The notes under the pieces are model-generated. The model worked only from the letters and a program-made list of their open reading frames with translations. It was not told the DNA's origin and searched no databases. The position numbers and the translations under genes were made by a program. Below are positions 55,395-64,000 of a stretch of DNA of 64,000 bases, in pieces (position 1 is the first letter of the stretch; the number at the start of each line of letters is the position of its first letter). Source of the stretch: Myxococcota bacterium (GTDB lineage Bacteria > Myxococcota > B64-G9); the NCBI GenBank assembly GCA_022710975.1, contig JAKLGA010000013.1:141363-205362 (forward strand). Reading direction: 5' to 3'.

Positions 55395-56903
55395 ATGCGG
55401 TGGGCGAGAGGCGGGGGGATGCTCGGGGCGGCCTGCCTGGCGTGGCTGGCGCTCGCGCCGGCCCGGGCGGGCGACTTCATGGACGTGCGCCTGACCTGGC
55501 TGCTGGGGGACGGCAACCTGCTGGCCTCGCCGGAGGAGGGCTCGGCCGGGCTGGGCCCGAGCGACGGCGCGCGCTCCTTCTTCGACAACTACGACACGAA
55601 GTACACGGGCTTCGAGACCCTGGGCCACCTGGTGCTCTACAAGAGCGTGCCGGCCTTCTTCGAGGGCTTCGGCGCCGAAGCGGCGTTGTTCCTCGGTATC
55701 CAGACGAGCGAGCCCTACCTGAGGGACGAGGGCTCCTACATCCGCATGACCTGGGACTGGACCCACGGCCTGGAGCCGGGCACCAACCTCGAGCTGACCT
55801 TCTTCCCGGTGGACGCGGACCGCTTCCGGCTGGGCTACTCCTACAAGGTCTCCTGGGGCGGCACGCAGGCCTTCGCGTTCAGGGAGGGCGACACCCAGCT
55901 CGCGCCGGGACTGCGCCTGCAGGTGAACCTGCCCTGGGGCCACGCGTTCGTGGGGCTCAAGGCCACCCGCCTCACGGAGGACTTCAGCGACGGGATCCGC
56001 CACTGGACGGCTCCGGAGGTGAACTACGCCGGGCTGGCCGGCCTGGGCATGGACCACGAGGGCTTCGTGGCCGAGGTGCGCGGCGGTTACTTCGAGGGCG
56101 GGGAGTTCGAGGGGCCGGGCGCTGAGGGCGAGGCCCATCACCTGGCCGGCTTGTCCTACCAGCTCGGCTACCACCAGGGGGTGCCCATCGGCACCTCGAT
56201 CGACTTCGAGCTGTACCGGAACGATCCCTACCTGGAGGAGCGCTTCTTCGCCCCGGAGGAGTACGACGGCGGGCTGTCGTTCGTGGTCAAGCACGAGGGC
56301 AGCGTGATCTTCCAGAACCTGGGTGATCCGGGTCACTTCGGCCAGCAGGTGGAGCAGATCGGCTGGGCCTTCGACCTGAACGCGGCCCTCAAGCTGGGCT
56401 TCCTGCGGGTGCACCTGGACGTGGTGGCGCGCTCGCTCGAGTTCCTGCTGCACGAGGAGCCGGGCTTCACGCCCTTCCAGGGCATCCCTGATCAGGCCAG
56501 CGTGTCACCCGAGGTGTGGGCGGCCGTGGGGCTGGACTACTTCTTCGAGGGCCCGCGCCTGACCCCCGGGCTCACGCTTGGGGTGAAGAAGCCGGCCACC
56601 TATGCGATCGCCGATCTGGATGTGGGCGGCGTGACGCTCAGGGGTCACCGGGTCGTGGTGATCTACGGCCCGGACGAGCGCGAGATCTTGCCCGCCGACC
56701 AGGACGAGGGGCTGGTGTGGACGGTGAAGACCAGCCTGCGCTGGGACTACGCCGAGATCCTGGCCCTGGTGGCCGAGCTGTACTACAGCCGCGACCCCAA
56801 CCGGGTGCGCTACCTCACCGACTTCAACGGGCTGAACCTGTACTCCACGTTCCTGGACGAGGACGTGCTGGGCCTGAACCTCATGGCCCAGGCCAGGTTC
56901 TAG
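55395..56903 (+). CDS. Outer-membrane beta-barrel protein (hypothetical)
   Basis: Signal MRWARGGGMLGAACLAWLALAPARA. Alternating aromatic beta strands. Terminal ...NLMAQARF (C-terminal Phe). Confidence 0.6.
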   Translation: MRWARGGGMLGAACLAWLALAPARAGDFMDVRLTWLLGDGNLLASPEEGSAGLGPSDGARSFFDNYDTKYTGFETLGHLVLYKSVPAFFEGFGAEAALFLGIQTSEPYLRDEGSYIRMTWDWTHGLEPGTNLELTFFPVDADRFRLGYSYKVSWGGTQAFAFREGDTQLAPGLRLQVNLPWGHAFVGLKATRLTEDFSDGIRHWTAPEVNYAGLAGLGMDHEGFVAEVRGGYFEGGEFEGPGAEGEAHHLAGLSYQLGYHQGVPIGTSIDFELYRNDPYLEERFFAPEEYDGGLSFVVKHEGSVIFQNLGDPGHFGQQVEQIGWAFDLNAALKLGFLRVHLDVVARSLEFLLHEEPGFTPFQGIPDQASVSPEVWAAVGLDYFFEGPRLTPGLTLGVKKPATYAIADLDVGGVTLRGHRVVVIYGPDEREILPADQDEGLVWTVKTSLRWDYAEILALVAELYYSRDPNRVRYLTDFNGLNLYSTFLDEDVLGLNLMAQARF

Positions 56904-56933
56904 GAATCCGGGCGCAGAGGGCGGGGGAGGCGG

Positions 56934-59900
56934 TCAGGCCCGCCTGCGGGAGCGCAGCAGCGCGAGCGCCAGGCCGAGCAACGCGAGCCCGCCCAGCGAG
57001 CCCTTGCCGTCGGTCGAGCAGCCGCAGCCCGACTCCTCGCCGTCGTCCGGGGTCTCGCCCAGGCAGGTGCCGGCCTGGCAGGTGCCGCCCTGGCCGCAGG
57101 CGGTGCCGTCCGGCAGACGCGGGTGGGTGCAGTCGCCCGAGGCCGGATCGCACACCCCGGCCTCGTGGCACGCGTCCATGGGCTCGCACACCACCGGCTC
57201 CGCGCCGGTGCACGTCCCGGCCTGGCAGCTCGAGCTGCCGGTGCACAGGCTGCCGTCGTCGCAGGTCGTGCCGTCGGCCACGGGCGGGTCGCTGCACGCG
57301 CCGGTGGCCGGGTCGCAGGTGCCGGCCGCGTGGCAGGCGTCCAGCGCCTCGCACACCACGGGCGTGCCCGCCTGGCAGGCGCCGGCCTGGCAGGTGTCGG
57401 CGAGCGTGCAGGCGTCGGCGTCGTCGCAGGCCGTGCCGTCGGCCGCGGGCGGATGGCTGCACTCCCCGGTGGCCGGGTCGCAGGTCCCGGCCACGTGGCA
57501 GGCGTCCAGCGGCTCGCAGGCGAGCGGCGTGGAGTCGGCGCAGGCGCCGGCCAGGCAGGCGTCCTCCAGGGTGCAGGGATCGCCGTCGTCGCAGGCCGTG
57601 CCGTCCGCGGCCGCCGGGTGCTCGCAGCCGGCGCCCGAGAACACGTCGTCGGTGCAGGGATCCGTGTCCGCGCAGTCCCACACGGTGACGCTCACGCTGT
57701 CGGTGTCGGTGTACTCGCCGTCGCTCACCGTCAGCTCGAAGGTGAGCGTCGCCTGGCCGTCCACGTCCGGGGCGGTGAAGCCCGGGTCGGCGGCGGTGGC
57801 GTCGGAGAGCGCCACCGCCGGGCCGCCGGTCTGCGCCCAGGCGAAGGAGATCGGATCGTCGTCCGGGTCGCTGCTGCCGCTGCCCAGGAGCACGACCGCC
57901 GCGCCCTCGGCCACGTCCTGATCCGGGCCGGCCACCGCGTCGGGCGCCCGGTTGGGGATCACGCACACCTGCGCCTGGCAGACCACGGTCTCGGCGTCCA
58001 CCATCAGGTCGTCGATCCACCAGCCGCTGTAACCCGTGCTGACATCGCTGGTGAAGTGGAAGCGGATCTTCAAGCTGCCCGGGCCGAACGAGGACAGATC
58101 CACGAGCACCTGCTGCCAGGCGATGTCTCCACCCCAGAACTCGTCCCCACCCCAGTTGGAGTCGTTGTAGCCGTTCTGGGTGATGTAGGGGCCGGCGTCC
58201 ACGAAGTTGGTGCCGTTCACCCCGATCTCCAGCGTGCCGCCGTCGTAGCCGCTCTCCGAGCTCATCCGCTGCCAGAAGGAGAGGACGGCCGTGTCGCCGA
58301 TGGAGATGAGCGGCGTGTCGAGGTGCTTGTCCGAGTTCGTGCCTGGATCCGAGCACCACCAGGCGTGCGTGGGCGAGTGGGAGGAGCTGGTCACGTAGGC
58401 CCAGTCGTCGGAGTTCTCGCTCGCCGCGTGGGTCCAGCCGTTGGGCGCCGCGCCCTCCATGTCGTCGGTGTAGGTCGACATGGCGATGTCGGCCTGCAGC
58501 ATCTCGGTGAAGCCCGAAACGTCCGGCGCCGGCAGCTCGAGCGCGCCGACCGACAGGCTGAAGGCCTGGTCCAGGGCCGGGCAGCCCAGGCCGGCGAGCG
58601 GCAGCACCTCGAAGGTGGCGGTGGCCTCGGCGCCGCTCGGGACGGCGCCCAGCGCCACCGGGTCGCCGCCGTCCACGTCCGCCGCGCTGAGTGTGGCCTC
58701 GACCCCGTTCGCGTCCGCGCTGCCGTCGTTGCGCACCACCACCGCGAAGAGCGTGGGCTCGCCCACGTCGGGGATGCCGTCCGCGTCGCACAGCCCCTGG
58801 GAGTCGTCCACGGTGTGGCTCACGTACACCAGGTGCGGGCGCCCGACCGTGACGCTGAAGCGGGTGTTGCCCGTGGCGCCCTCGGCGGTGCTCCAGTCGA
58901 GCTTGAGGTCGATGAGCGCGCCGTCGACGGCGCCCGCGACGGTGTCGAGCTCGGCGTGGGTGGTGGAGCGGGTCACCGCCCCGGCGGCCACGTCCGGGAA
59001 CACGGGCGCGGCCTGGGTCAGCACGGCCGCGGCGCTGGTGGTCGACAGGGTGGCCTGGATGCCCGTGGCCGGGTCGTTGCCGATGTCGCGCAGGCTGATG
59101 GGCAGCACGACGTGGCGGCCCGGGGTGGGGGCCACCGGGGTCGAGCCGTCCGAGGTCACCTCGTGGCCGGCGTGCACCAGGTAGGGGCCGTCAGCCGGGA
59201 CCACCTGGATGGTGCCCACGTGGCGTTGCAGGTTGTGGCCGGTGATGGTGACCTCGAGGTTGCCCACGTCGGCCGGGGCCGGGTTCATCAGGATCTGCAC
59301 CTGCCCGGCCGCGTCGGTCAGGCCGACCTGCTGCACGCCGATGCCGCGCACCGCGACCAGCGCGCCCTCGACCGGCGCGCCGCCGCGGGTCACGCTGAAG
59401 TCCAGGGCGTCGATGCCCACCGGGATCTCGGTCGGGTACATGGCCGCCGGAACGAAGGGCACGTCGGTGTACAGGTCGATCGTGCCGTCGCCCAGCATGT
59501 TGTACATCTCGAAGTAGTACTCCATGGTGTCGACCGGGCCGTAGTGGGCCAGGGTCTGCAGCTTCGAGTTCTGGTTGATGTCGGCCAGCCGGGTGATGCC
59601 GTCCTGGAACACGCCGTCCCACAGGGCCTTCTCCAGGATGTCGTCCTCGTCCCAGTAGGAGTTGTTGGACGAGCCGAAGAACAGGATGGCGCCCTTCTGG
59701 TGCGCGAGCCACATCTCGCCCCAGCAGTCGCTGCCGTAGCCGTAGGAGCCGGTGATGCAGGCGTTGGAGACGACGAAGGGGATGGCGTCCGCGGGCAGCA
59801 CGTCGTCGAGGTAGTCCTGGGTGAAGCTCGGATCGGCCCAGTACTCCTCGCCGCCGTGGCCCGACATGTTGATGACCACCCGGCCGTTGCCCAGGTGGGT

Positions 59901-61325
59901 GGCGATGACCGCCTCGCTGGGGTTGGACACGCCGCAGTAGAGCTTGTCGCCGCCGGCCGTGGGGTTGGCCGGGTAGGTGCCGGTGAAGCCGGCCGGGGCG
60001 GTGTAGTTCGTGATGACGTAGTTGTGGGTGCCCTCGGAGATGTCGTTGTTGTCGCACGAGGCGAGCCAGGACCACTTGCGCAGCCAGGTGGTGTCGGTGG
60101 GGAAGTCGGCCCAGATGTACTTCTCGGCGCGGGCCAGGTAGAGGTCCAGCTCGGCCGCGTTGTTCACGCTGATGCGGGACACGAACAGATCCGGGGCCAG
60201 CAGGTCCGCGGCGTAGTTGTCCGGGTCGATCGAGGCGTAGAACAGGTCGGTGAACTGGCTGTTGCCGCCGCCCGAGCCGTTGTGGGCGGGCACGTCGGCC
60301 ACGTCGCCCACCAGCACCACGTAGCTCAGGGCCGGCGCGCTCCAGGCCAGGTACTGCGCGCGGACGTAGGCGCGGAGCGCCGTGTCGTTGGCGCCGATGG
60401 CGGACATCTGCACCACCTCGACCTTGTGGCCCTCGGCCCGGCGGTCCTCGACGTAGGCGGCGAGGTTGGCGTTGGCGGCGTAGGCGTTGCCCACCACCAC
60501 CAGGATGCCCTCGGCGTACTTGTCCGTGGACACCCCCTTGGGCACGGCCGGCAGCGCCGGGTTGAGCACGTTCTGCCGCAGCCAGGCGTCGTGGGCCGGC
60601 GAGGAGCGCAGCGCCGCCGCGAACGCGCCGGCCTGGTCGGGCTCACCGGCGAACCGGAGCTCGAGCAGCCCGCCGGCGCTCGCCTCGAGCTCGGCCCGGG
60701 CCGGGTTGTAGCGCAGCGGGGCGTACTCCACCATGAACAGCCGGTGGCCGCGCAGCTCGAAGGGACCGCTCACCCACACGTCCTGGGCGGGGTAGAGCGC
60801 GTCCCGGGCGTACAGCTCCTCGTCCTGCTCGAAGGGCACCAGCGCCGCGGCGCCCGGCAGCTTCTCCACGGGCCGCTGGACCGGCAGGAGCGCCTCGCGC
60901 GCCCCCAGCTCGGACAGCGGCAGGCTGCGGCGCCCGGCCGGGGCCAGGGAGGCCGTCAGCGTCATGCCGGCCGGGACCTCGACCAGCCGCCGCAGCACCG
61001 GGAGCTGGGGGCGGCCGAGCTCGGTCGTGGTGCCGCAGCCCGGGCAGCCCAGGGTGGAGAACTGGCGCCCGTAGGTGGTGCGTAGGCCCACCTCGAAGCG
61101 CCCGGCGTCCAGCTTCGCCAGCAGGCCGGTCGGGCCCTGCTCGACGAGCTCGAGCCGGGGGGCCACCGCGGGGTGCAGGCTGGAGGCCTGGAGGGGATCG
61201 CGCTTGCTCGCGGTCGAGGCGGGATCGTCCCCGGGTGCCTGGCAGGCGGACACCCCCAACAGCGCGACGCAACCCAGGACCCCCGCGCACGACCCGAGCC
61301 ACCTCTTGGCGCTCCTCATCTCCAT
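56934..61325 (-). CDS. Gingipain-like C25-family cysteine peptidase with PKD domain, Cys-rich repeats and MYXO-CTERM sorting signal
   Basis: ATG (MEMRSAKRW...) preceded by GGAGGAAGG. Catalytic dyad motifs NMSGHGGEE (His) and VVSNACITGS (Cys). PKD-like NRAPDAVAGPDQDV...TFELTVSDGEY. Four DGTACDDGDPCT repeats. C-terminal GCGCSTDGKGSLGGLALLGLALALLRSRRRA. N-terminal 337 aa of the table ORF is junk. Confidence 0.7.
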   Translation of the reverse strand: MEMRSAKRWLGSCAGVLGCVALLGVSACQAPGDDPASTASKRDPLQASSLHPAVAPRLELVEQGPTGLLAKLDAGRFEVGLRTTYGRQFSTLGCPGCGTTTELGRPQLPVLRRLVEVPAGMTLTASLAPAGRRSLPLSELGAREALLPVQRPVEKLPGAAALVPFEQDEELYARDALYPAQDVWVSGPFELRGHRLFMVEYAPLRYNPARAELEASAGGLLELRFAGEPDQAGAFAAALRSSPAHDAWLRQNVLNPALPAVPKGVSTDKYAEGILVVVGNAYAANANLAAYVEDRRAEGHKVEVVQMSAIGANDTALRAYVRAQYLAWSAPALSYVVLVGDVADVPAHNGSGGGNSQFTDLFYASIDPDNYAADLLAPDLFVSRISVNNAAELDLYLARAEKYIWADFPTDTTWLRKWSWLASCDNNDISEGTHNYVITNYTAPAGFTGTYPANPTAGGDKLYCGVSNPSEAVIATHLGNGRVVINMSGHGGEEYWADPSFTQDYLDDVLPADAIPFVVSNACITGSYGYGSDCWGEMWLAHQKGAILFFGSSNNSYWDEDDILEKALWDGVFQDGITRLADINQNSKLQTLAHYGPVDTMEYYFEMYNMLGDGTIDLYTDVPFVPAAMYPTEIPVGIDALDFSVTRGGAPVEGALVAVRGIGVQQVGLTDAAGQVQILMNPAPADVGNLEVTITGHNLQRHVGTIQVVPADGPYLVHAGHEVTSDGSTPVAPTPGRHVVLPISLRDIGNDPATGIQATLSTTSAAAVLTQAAPVFPDVAAGAVTRSTTHAELDTVAGAVDGALIDLKLDWSTAEGATGNTRFSVTVGRPHLVYVSHTVDDSQGLCDADGIPDVGEPTLFAVVVRNDGSADANGVEATLSAADVDGGDPVALGAVPSGAEATATFEVLPLAGLGCPALDQAFSLSVGALELPAPDVSGFTEMLQADIAMSTYTDDMEGAAPNGWTHAASENSDDWAYVTSSSHSPTHAWWCSDPGTNSDKHLDTPLISIGDTAVLSFWQRMSSESGYDGGTLEIGVNGTNFVDAGPYITQNGYNDSNWGGDEFWGGDIAWQQVLVDLSSFGPGSLKIRFHFTSDVSTGYSGWWIDDLMVDAETVVCQAQVCVIPNRAPDAVAGPDQDVAEGAAVVLLGSGSSDPDDDPISFAWAQTGGPAVALSDATAADPGFTAPDVDGQATLTFELTVSDGEYTDTDSVSVTVWDCADTDPCTDDVFSGAGCEHPAAADGTACDDGDPCTLEDACLAGACADSTPLACEPLDACHVAGTCDPATGECSHPPAADGTACDDADACTLADTCQAGACQAGTPVVCEALDACHAAGTCDPATGACSDPPVADGTTCDDGSLCTGSSSCQAGTCTGAEPVVCEPMDACHEAGVCDPASGDCTHPRLPDGTACGQGGTCQAGTCLGETPDDGEESGCGCSTDGKGSLGGLALLGLALALLRSRRRA

Positions 61326-61447
61326 CGTCCTTCCTCCGGCTTGCGACCGGCGTTTCGTGCTCGACCCGGCTGAAAAAGGCCACTCATTCCTAGCGCCGGA
61401 CGCCCCACAGGACAAGACCCCATTTGTGGCTGTCTTCCCCGGGCGGG

Positions 61448-62266
61448 TCAGGCGAATAGCTCGAGCTGCGGGCGGGGGGCGTCGGCGCGATTTCTCGCAG
61501 GATATTCGAGGGGTTGGTCCGGACCGACCACGGCCAGCCCGGCCCCGAGGCCCAGGCTGCGCAGCTTCTCCCCCAGGACCGCGGCGGCCAGCGGCGGCCG
61601 GTTGTTGACCTTGGACAGGTGCAGGAGGAAGACCTGGCGCAGCCCGGGGTGGGCCAGGCGCCCCAGGAGGTCGGCGGCCTGGGCGTTGGACAGGTGGCCG
61701 CGGTCGGACAGGATACGCCGCTTGAGGAAGGCGGGGTAGGGGCCCGCCCGCAGCATGTCCGGGTCGTGGTTGCTCTCCAGCCCGAGCAGCGCGCAGCCCC
61801 TGAGCGCCTCGACCGCCCCGTCGCCGGCCACGCCGAGATCGGTGGCGATGCCCAGCGCGCTGCCGTCGGGGAAGCCGAAGCGGTAGCCCACGGGCTCGCA
61901 GGCGTCGTGGAGGGTGCGGAAGGTGAGGACCTCGATCTCCCCCACCCGCAGCGGCACCCCGGGCCGCACCTCGAGCCGCTCGGCCTTGGCGCGCTTGGCC
62001 AGCTTGACGGCCCGGGCGGTGCCGGCGGTCAGCCCGAGCGCCAGGTGGCCGCGGCGCGACAGCCCGCGCAGCGCGGCCACGTGGTCGCTGTGCTCGTGGG
62101 TGACGAAGACGGCCTGCACGTCCTCGAGGCGCTCGCCGAGCCCTGCCAGCCGGCGGGAGAGCTCCGCCACCGAGAAGCCGCAGTCGAGCAGCAACCGGGT
62201 CTGGCCCCAGCGGATCAAGGCCGCGTTGCCGGAGGAGCCCGAGCCGAGGAAGGCGAGGCGCAGCAT
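61448..62266 (-). CDS. MBL-fold metallo-hydrolase (YycJ/WalJ-like)
   Basis: LAFLGSGSSGNAALI, VFVTHEHSDH, HLS. 272 aa. Confidence 0.7.
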   Translation of the reverse strand: MLRLAFLGSGSSGNAALIRWGQTRLLLDCGFSVAELSRRLAGLGERLEDVQAVFVTHEHSDHVAALRGLSRRGHLALGLTAGTARAVKLAKRAKAERLEVRPGVPLRVGEIEVLTFRTLHDACEPVGYRFGFPDGSALGIATDLGVAGDGAVEALRGCALLGLESNHDPDMLRAGPYPAFLKRRILSDRGHLSNAQAADLLGRLAHPGLRQVFLLHLSKVNNRPPLAAAVLGEKLRSLGLGAGLAVVGPDQPLEYPARNRADAPRPQLELFA

Positions 62267-62402
62267 GCGGGCCGGGATGATGCCACGCGGGGCCGACGTT
62301 GTCGAGGCGCAGATGCGCGGGAAAAAGGCTGCACAAGCGATGGTTGCGCCGGGAGGCGTTGCCGGGTTACACCAGGGGGCGGCAGCAGCCAGGAGGGCAG
62401 GC

Positions 62403-62762
62403 ATGGACGACGACCGGGTGGCGCGCTTCCGCCAGGAGCGCGAGCGGCTGAACGAGATCGTGCTCACGCAGGGCAGCCTGCAGACCAAGCGCTTCTTCGC
62501 CCTGGACACCAAGGTCTACCAGGACGGCGCGCTGCCGGCCCGCACCAAGGAGCTGCTGGGGCTGGTGGGCTCCCTGGTGCTGCGCTGCGACGACTGCGTG
62601 CTCTACCACCTGATCCGCTGCCGCGAGCTCGAGCTGAGCTCGGCCGAGGTGACCGAGGCGCTGGACGTGGGCCTGGTGATCGGCGGCTCGATCACCATCC
62701 CCCACCTGCGCCGGGCGCACGAGGCCTGGCAGCGGCTGAGCACGGACGAGGGGACCAAGTAG
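62403..62762 (+). CDS. Carboxymuconolactone decarboxylase (AhpD-like) family protein
   Basis: ATG preceded by AGGAGGG. Core CxxC/His motif VLRCDDCVLYHLIRC. 119 aa. Confidence 0.7.
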   Translation: MDDDRVARFRQERERLNEIVLTQGSLQTKRFFALDTKVYQDGALPARTKELLGLVGSLVLRCDDCVLYHLIRCRELELSSAEVTEALDVGLVIGGSITIPHLRRAHEAWQRLSTDEGTK

Positions 62763-62777
62763 GTCAGGAGGCTGCCC

Positions 62778-64000
62778 ATGCCCAGGACGCTGGCCGAGCT
62801 GTGGCGCGAGGCGGACGAGGCCTTCGTGCGCGGGGAGTACGACCTGTCGCTCAGGCGCTGCATCGTGGTGCTGCAGGGCGCGCCGGGCTGCTTCGAGGCC
62901 CGCATGCGGGTGGGGGACGCGCTGCTGAAGCGCGATCTGCCCGAGCTGGCCAGCGAGGTGTACAAGGTCACCGCCTGGCACTTCACCAAGGCGGGCTTCC
63001 CGCTGCTGGGCATCACCGCGCTCAAGATGCTCTCGGCCGTGGAGCAGGGCTACGCCGACGCCCTCGAGGTGCTGGCCGGGCTGTACGCGGCCGGCTCCGA
63101 CCGGGTGGCGGCGGACGCCCCCCGCCCGCGGCTGCCGGAGCTCGAGCGGCTCGAGCTCAGCGCGGCCGGCCAGAACATCGACGCGGTGGTCCCGCTGCAG
63201 GGCATGGAGCTGTGCCGGCTGGCCGCCTCGCTGGCCCAGGACGAGCGGGGCCTGGCGCCCTACCCGGAGAAGCTGCCGCCCATCCCGCTCTTCTCGGAGC
63301 TCGGCGAGGAGGACTTCGCCGCGGTGCTGGCCGACCTCAGGCTGCGGCGCTTCTACCCGGGCGGGGTCATCCTCGAGGAGGGCCGGCCCGGCGATTCGTT
63401 CTTCCTGCTGGCGCGCGGCGAGGTCCAGGTGACCAAGCAGGTCGGCGGTGAGAGCCTCACCCTGGCGCGCCTCTCGGACGGGGCCGTGTTCGGCGAGATG
63501 GCGCTGGTCTCGCGCGAGCCGCGCGCGGCCACGGTGCGGGCGCTGACCCAGTCGGACGCGCTCGAGCTGGGGCGCGAGCAGCTCGAGCGCCGCGCCGGGA
63601 AGCTCACCGGCGTGGCCAGGGCGCTGCTGCGCTTCACCCGCTCGCGGCTGCTCGCCAACGTGGTGGCCCTCTCGCCCGTGCTCCGCAGCCTGCCCCAGGA
63701 GGACCGCCACGCGCTGCTCGACCGGTTCGTGTCCACCGGGATGAAGAAGGGCCAGGTGCTGGTGGAGGAGGGCCAGCGCGGGCTGGGGCTCTTCCTGGTG
63801 CTGCGCGGGGACGCCGAGGTGAAGAAACGCGAGGGCGACGCCCTGGTCCCGGTGGCGCTGCTCCGGGAGGGCGACGTGTTCGGCGAGATCTCGCTGCTCA
63901 GGGAGCAGCCCACCACCGCCACGGTGATCGGGGGCCGCGACGGCGAGCTCCTGTTCCTGTCCCGGGGCGAGTTCGAGCGCCTGCTGGCCGCCCGCCCGGC
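62778..64000 (+). CDS. Cyclic-nucleotide-binding domain protein (two cNMP domains; partial, continues past window end)
   Basis: ATG preceded by AGGAGG. Helical N-region, then FGEMALVSREPRAATVRA and FGEISLLREQPTTATV cNMP-binding signatures. No stop before 64000. Confidence 0.7.
   Translation, partial: MPRTLAELWREADEAFVRGEYDLSLRRCIVVLQGAPGCFEARMRVGDALLKRDLPELASEVYKVTAWHFTKAGFPLLGITALKMLSAVEQGYADALEVLAGLYAAGSDRVAADAPRPRLPELERLELSAAGQNIDAVVPLQGMELCRLAASLAQDERGLAPYPEKLPPIPLFSELGEEDFAAVLADLRLRRFYPGGVILEEGRPGDSFFLLARGEVQVTKQVGGESLTLARLSDGAVFGEMALVSREPRAATVRALTQSDALELGREQLERRAGKLTGVARALLRFTRSRLLANVVALSPVLRSLPQEDRHALLDRFVSTGMKKGQVLVEEGQRGLGLFLVLRGDAEVKKREGDALVPVALLREGDVFGEISLLREQPTTATVIGGRDGELLFLSRGEFERLLAARP

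Noticed and set aside
57123-61085. 1320-aa plus ORF and several 200-300-aa ORFs
   Set aside because: Antisense to the C25 peptidase gene. G/A/V/R-rich with no motifs. The peptidase frame has catalytic His/Cys signatures and MYXO-CTERM.
61326-62336. N-terminal 337 codons of the 1800-aa table ORF 56934..62336
   Set aside because: This stretch is R/G/P/A-rich and overlaps the oppositely coded MBL gene. A strong RBS plus ATG and a signal peptide occur at 61325, taken as the real start.
1-64000. tRNA/rRNA genes
   Set aside because: Manual scan found no cloverleaf-compatible segments with T-loop GTTCGAATC-like motifs and no rRNA-like conserved stretches. None called.

Overview
This is a 64-kb window at roughly 72% GC, coding-dense on both strands, with strong GC3 bias in the real genes. 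Every long open frame has R/A/G/P-rich shadow ORFs in the other five frames, so genes were called only where the protein looks natural (signal peptides, catalytic motifs, domain architecture) and, where possible, a GGAGG-type RBS precedes the start.

The content points to a Myxococcota-type genome: MYXO-CTERM sorting tag, several giant cysteine-rich repeat lipoproteins, very many lipobox lipoproteins, and C-terminal-Phe beta-barrels. I call about 50 genes.

Ordinary genes include an MtaD-like amidohydrolase, APC permease, M14 carboxypeptidase, formylglycine-generating enzyme, metallophosphoesterase, SAM methyltransferase, an unusually long guaA-like GMP synthase, L,D-transpeptidase, WrbA, a hybrid PAS histidine kinase, crotonase, GNAT, two MBL-fold hydrolases, an AhpD-like protein and a partial cNMP-binding protein.

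The accessory content worth a second look is:
- A tight cluster (36.9-43.9 kb) of two lamin-tail-domain lipoproteins, three staphylococcal-nuclease-like lipoproteins and a large beta-barrel carrying a ComEA-like helix-hairpin-helix; I interpret this as a surface eDNA capture and degradation module.
- A low-GC roughly 420-bp cassette with one small ORF, flanked by about 30-bp direct repeats, inside a repeat-rich intergenic island next to an NHFHLLL-type HuH Y1 (IS200/RAYT-like) transposase.
- Two distant secreted paralogs sharing a CxxQxC N-terminal domain, one fused to a coiled coil and a beta-barrel.
- A 1463-aa gingipain-like C25 cysteine peptidase with PKD domain, Cys-rich repeats and MYXO-CTERM.
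- Several 700-1100-aa Cys-rich repeat lipoproteins.

I found no rRNA, tRNA or CRISPR array, and no convincing intrinsic terminators, which is expected at this GC.
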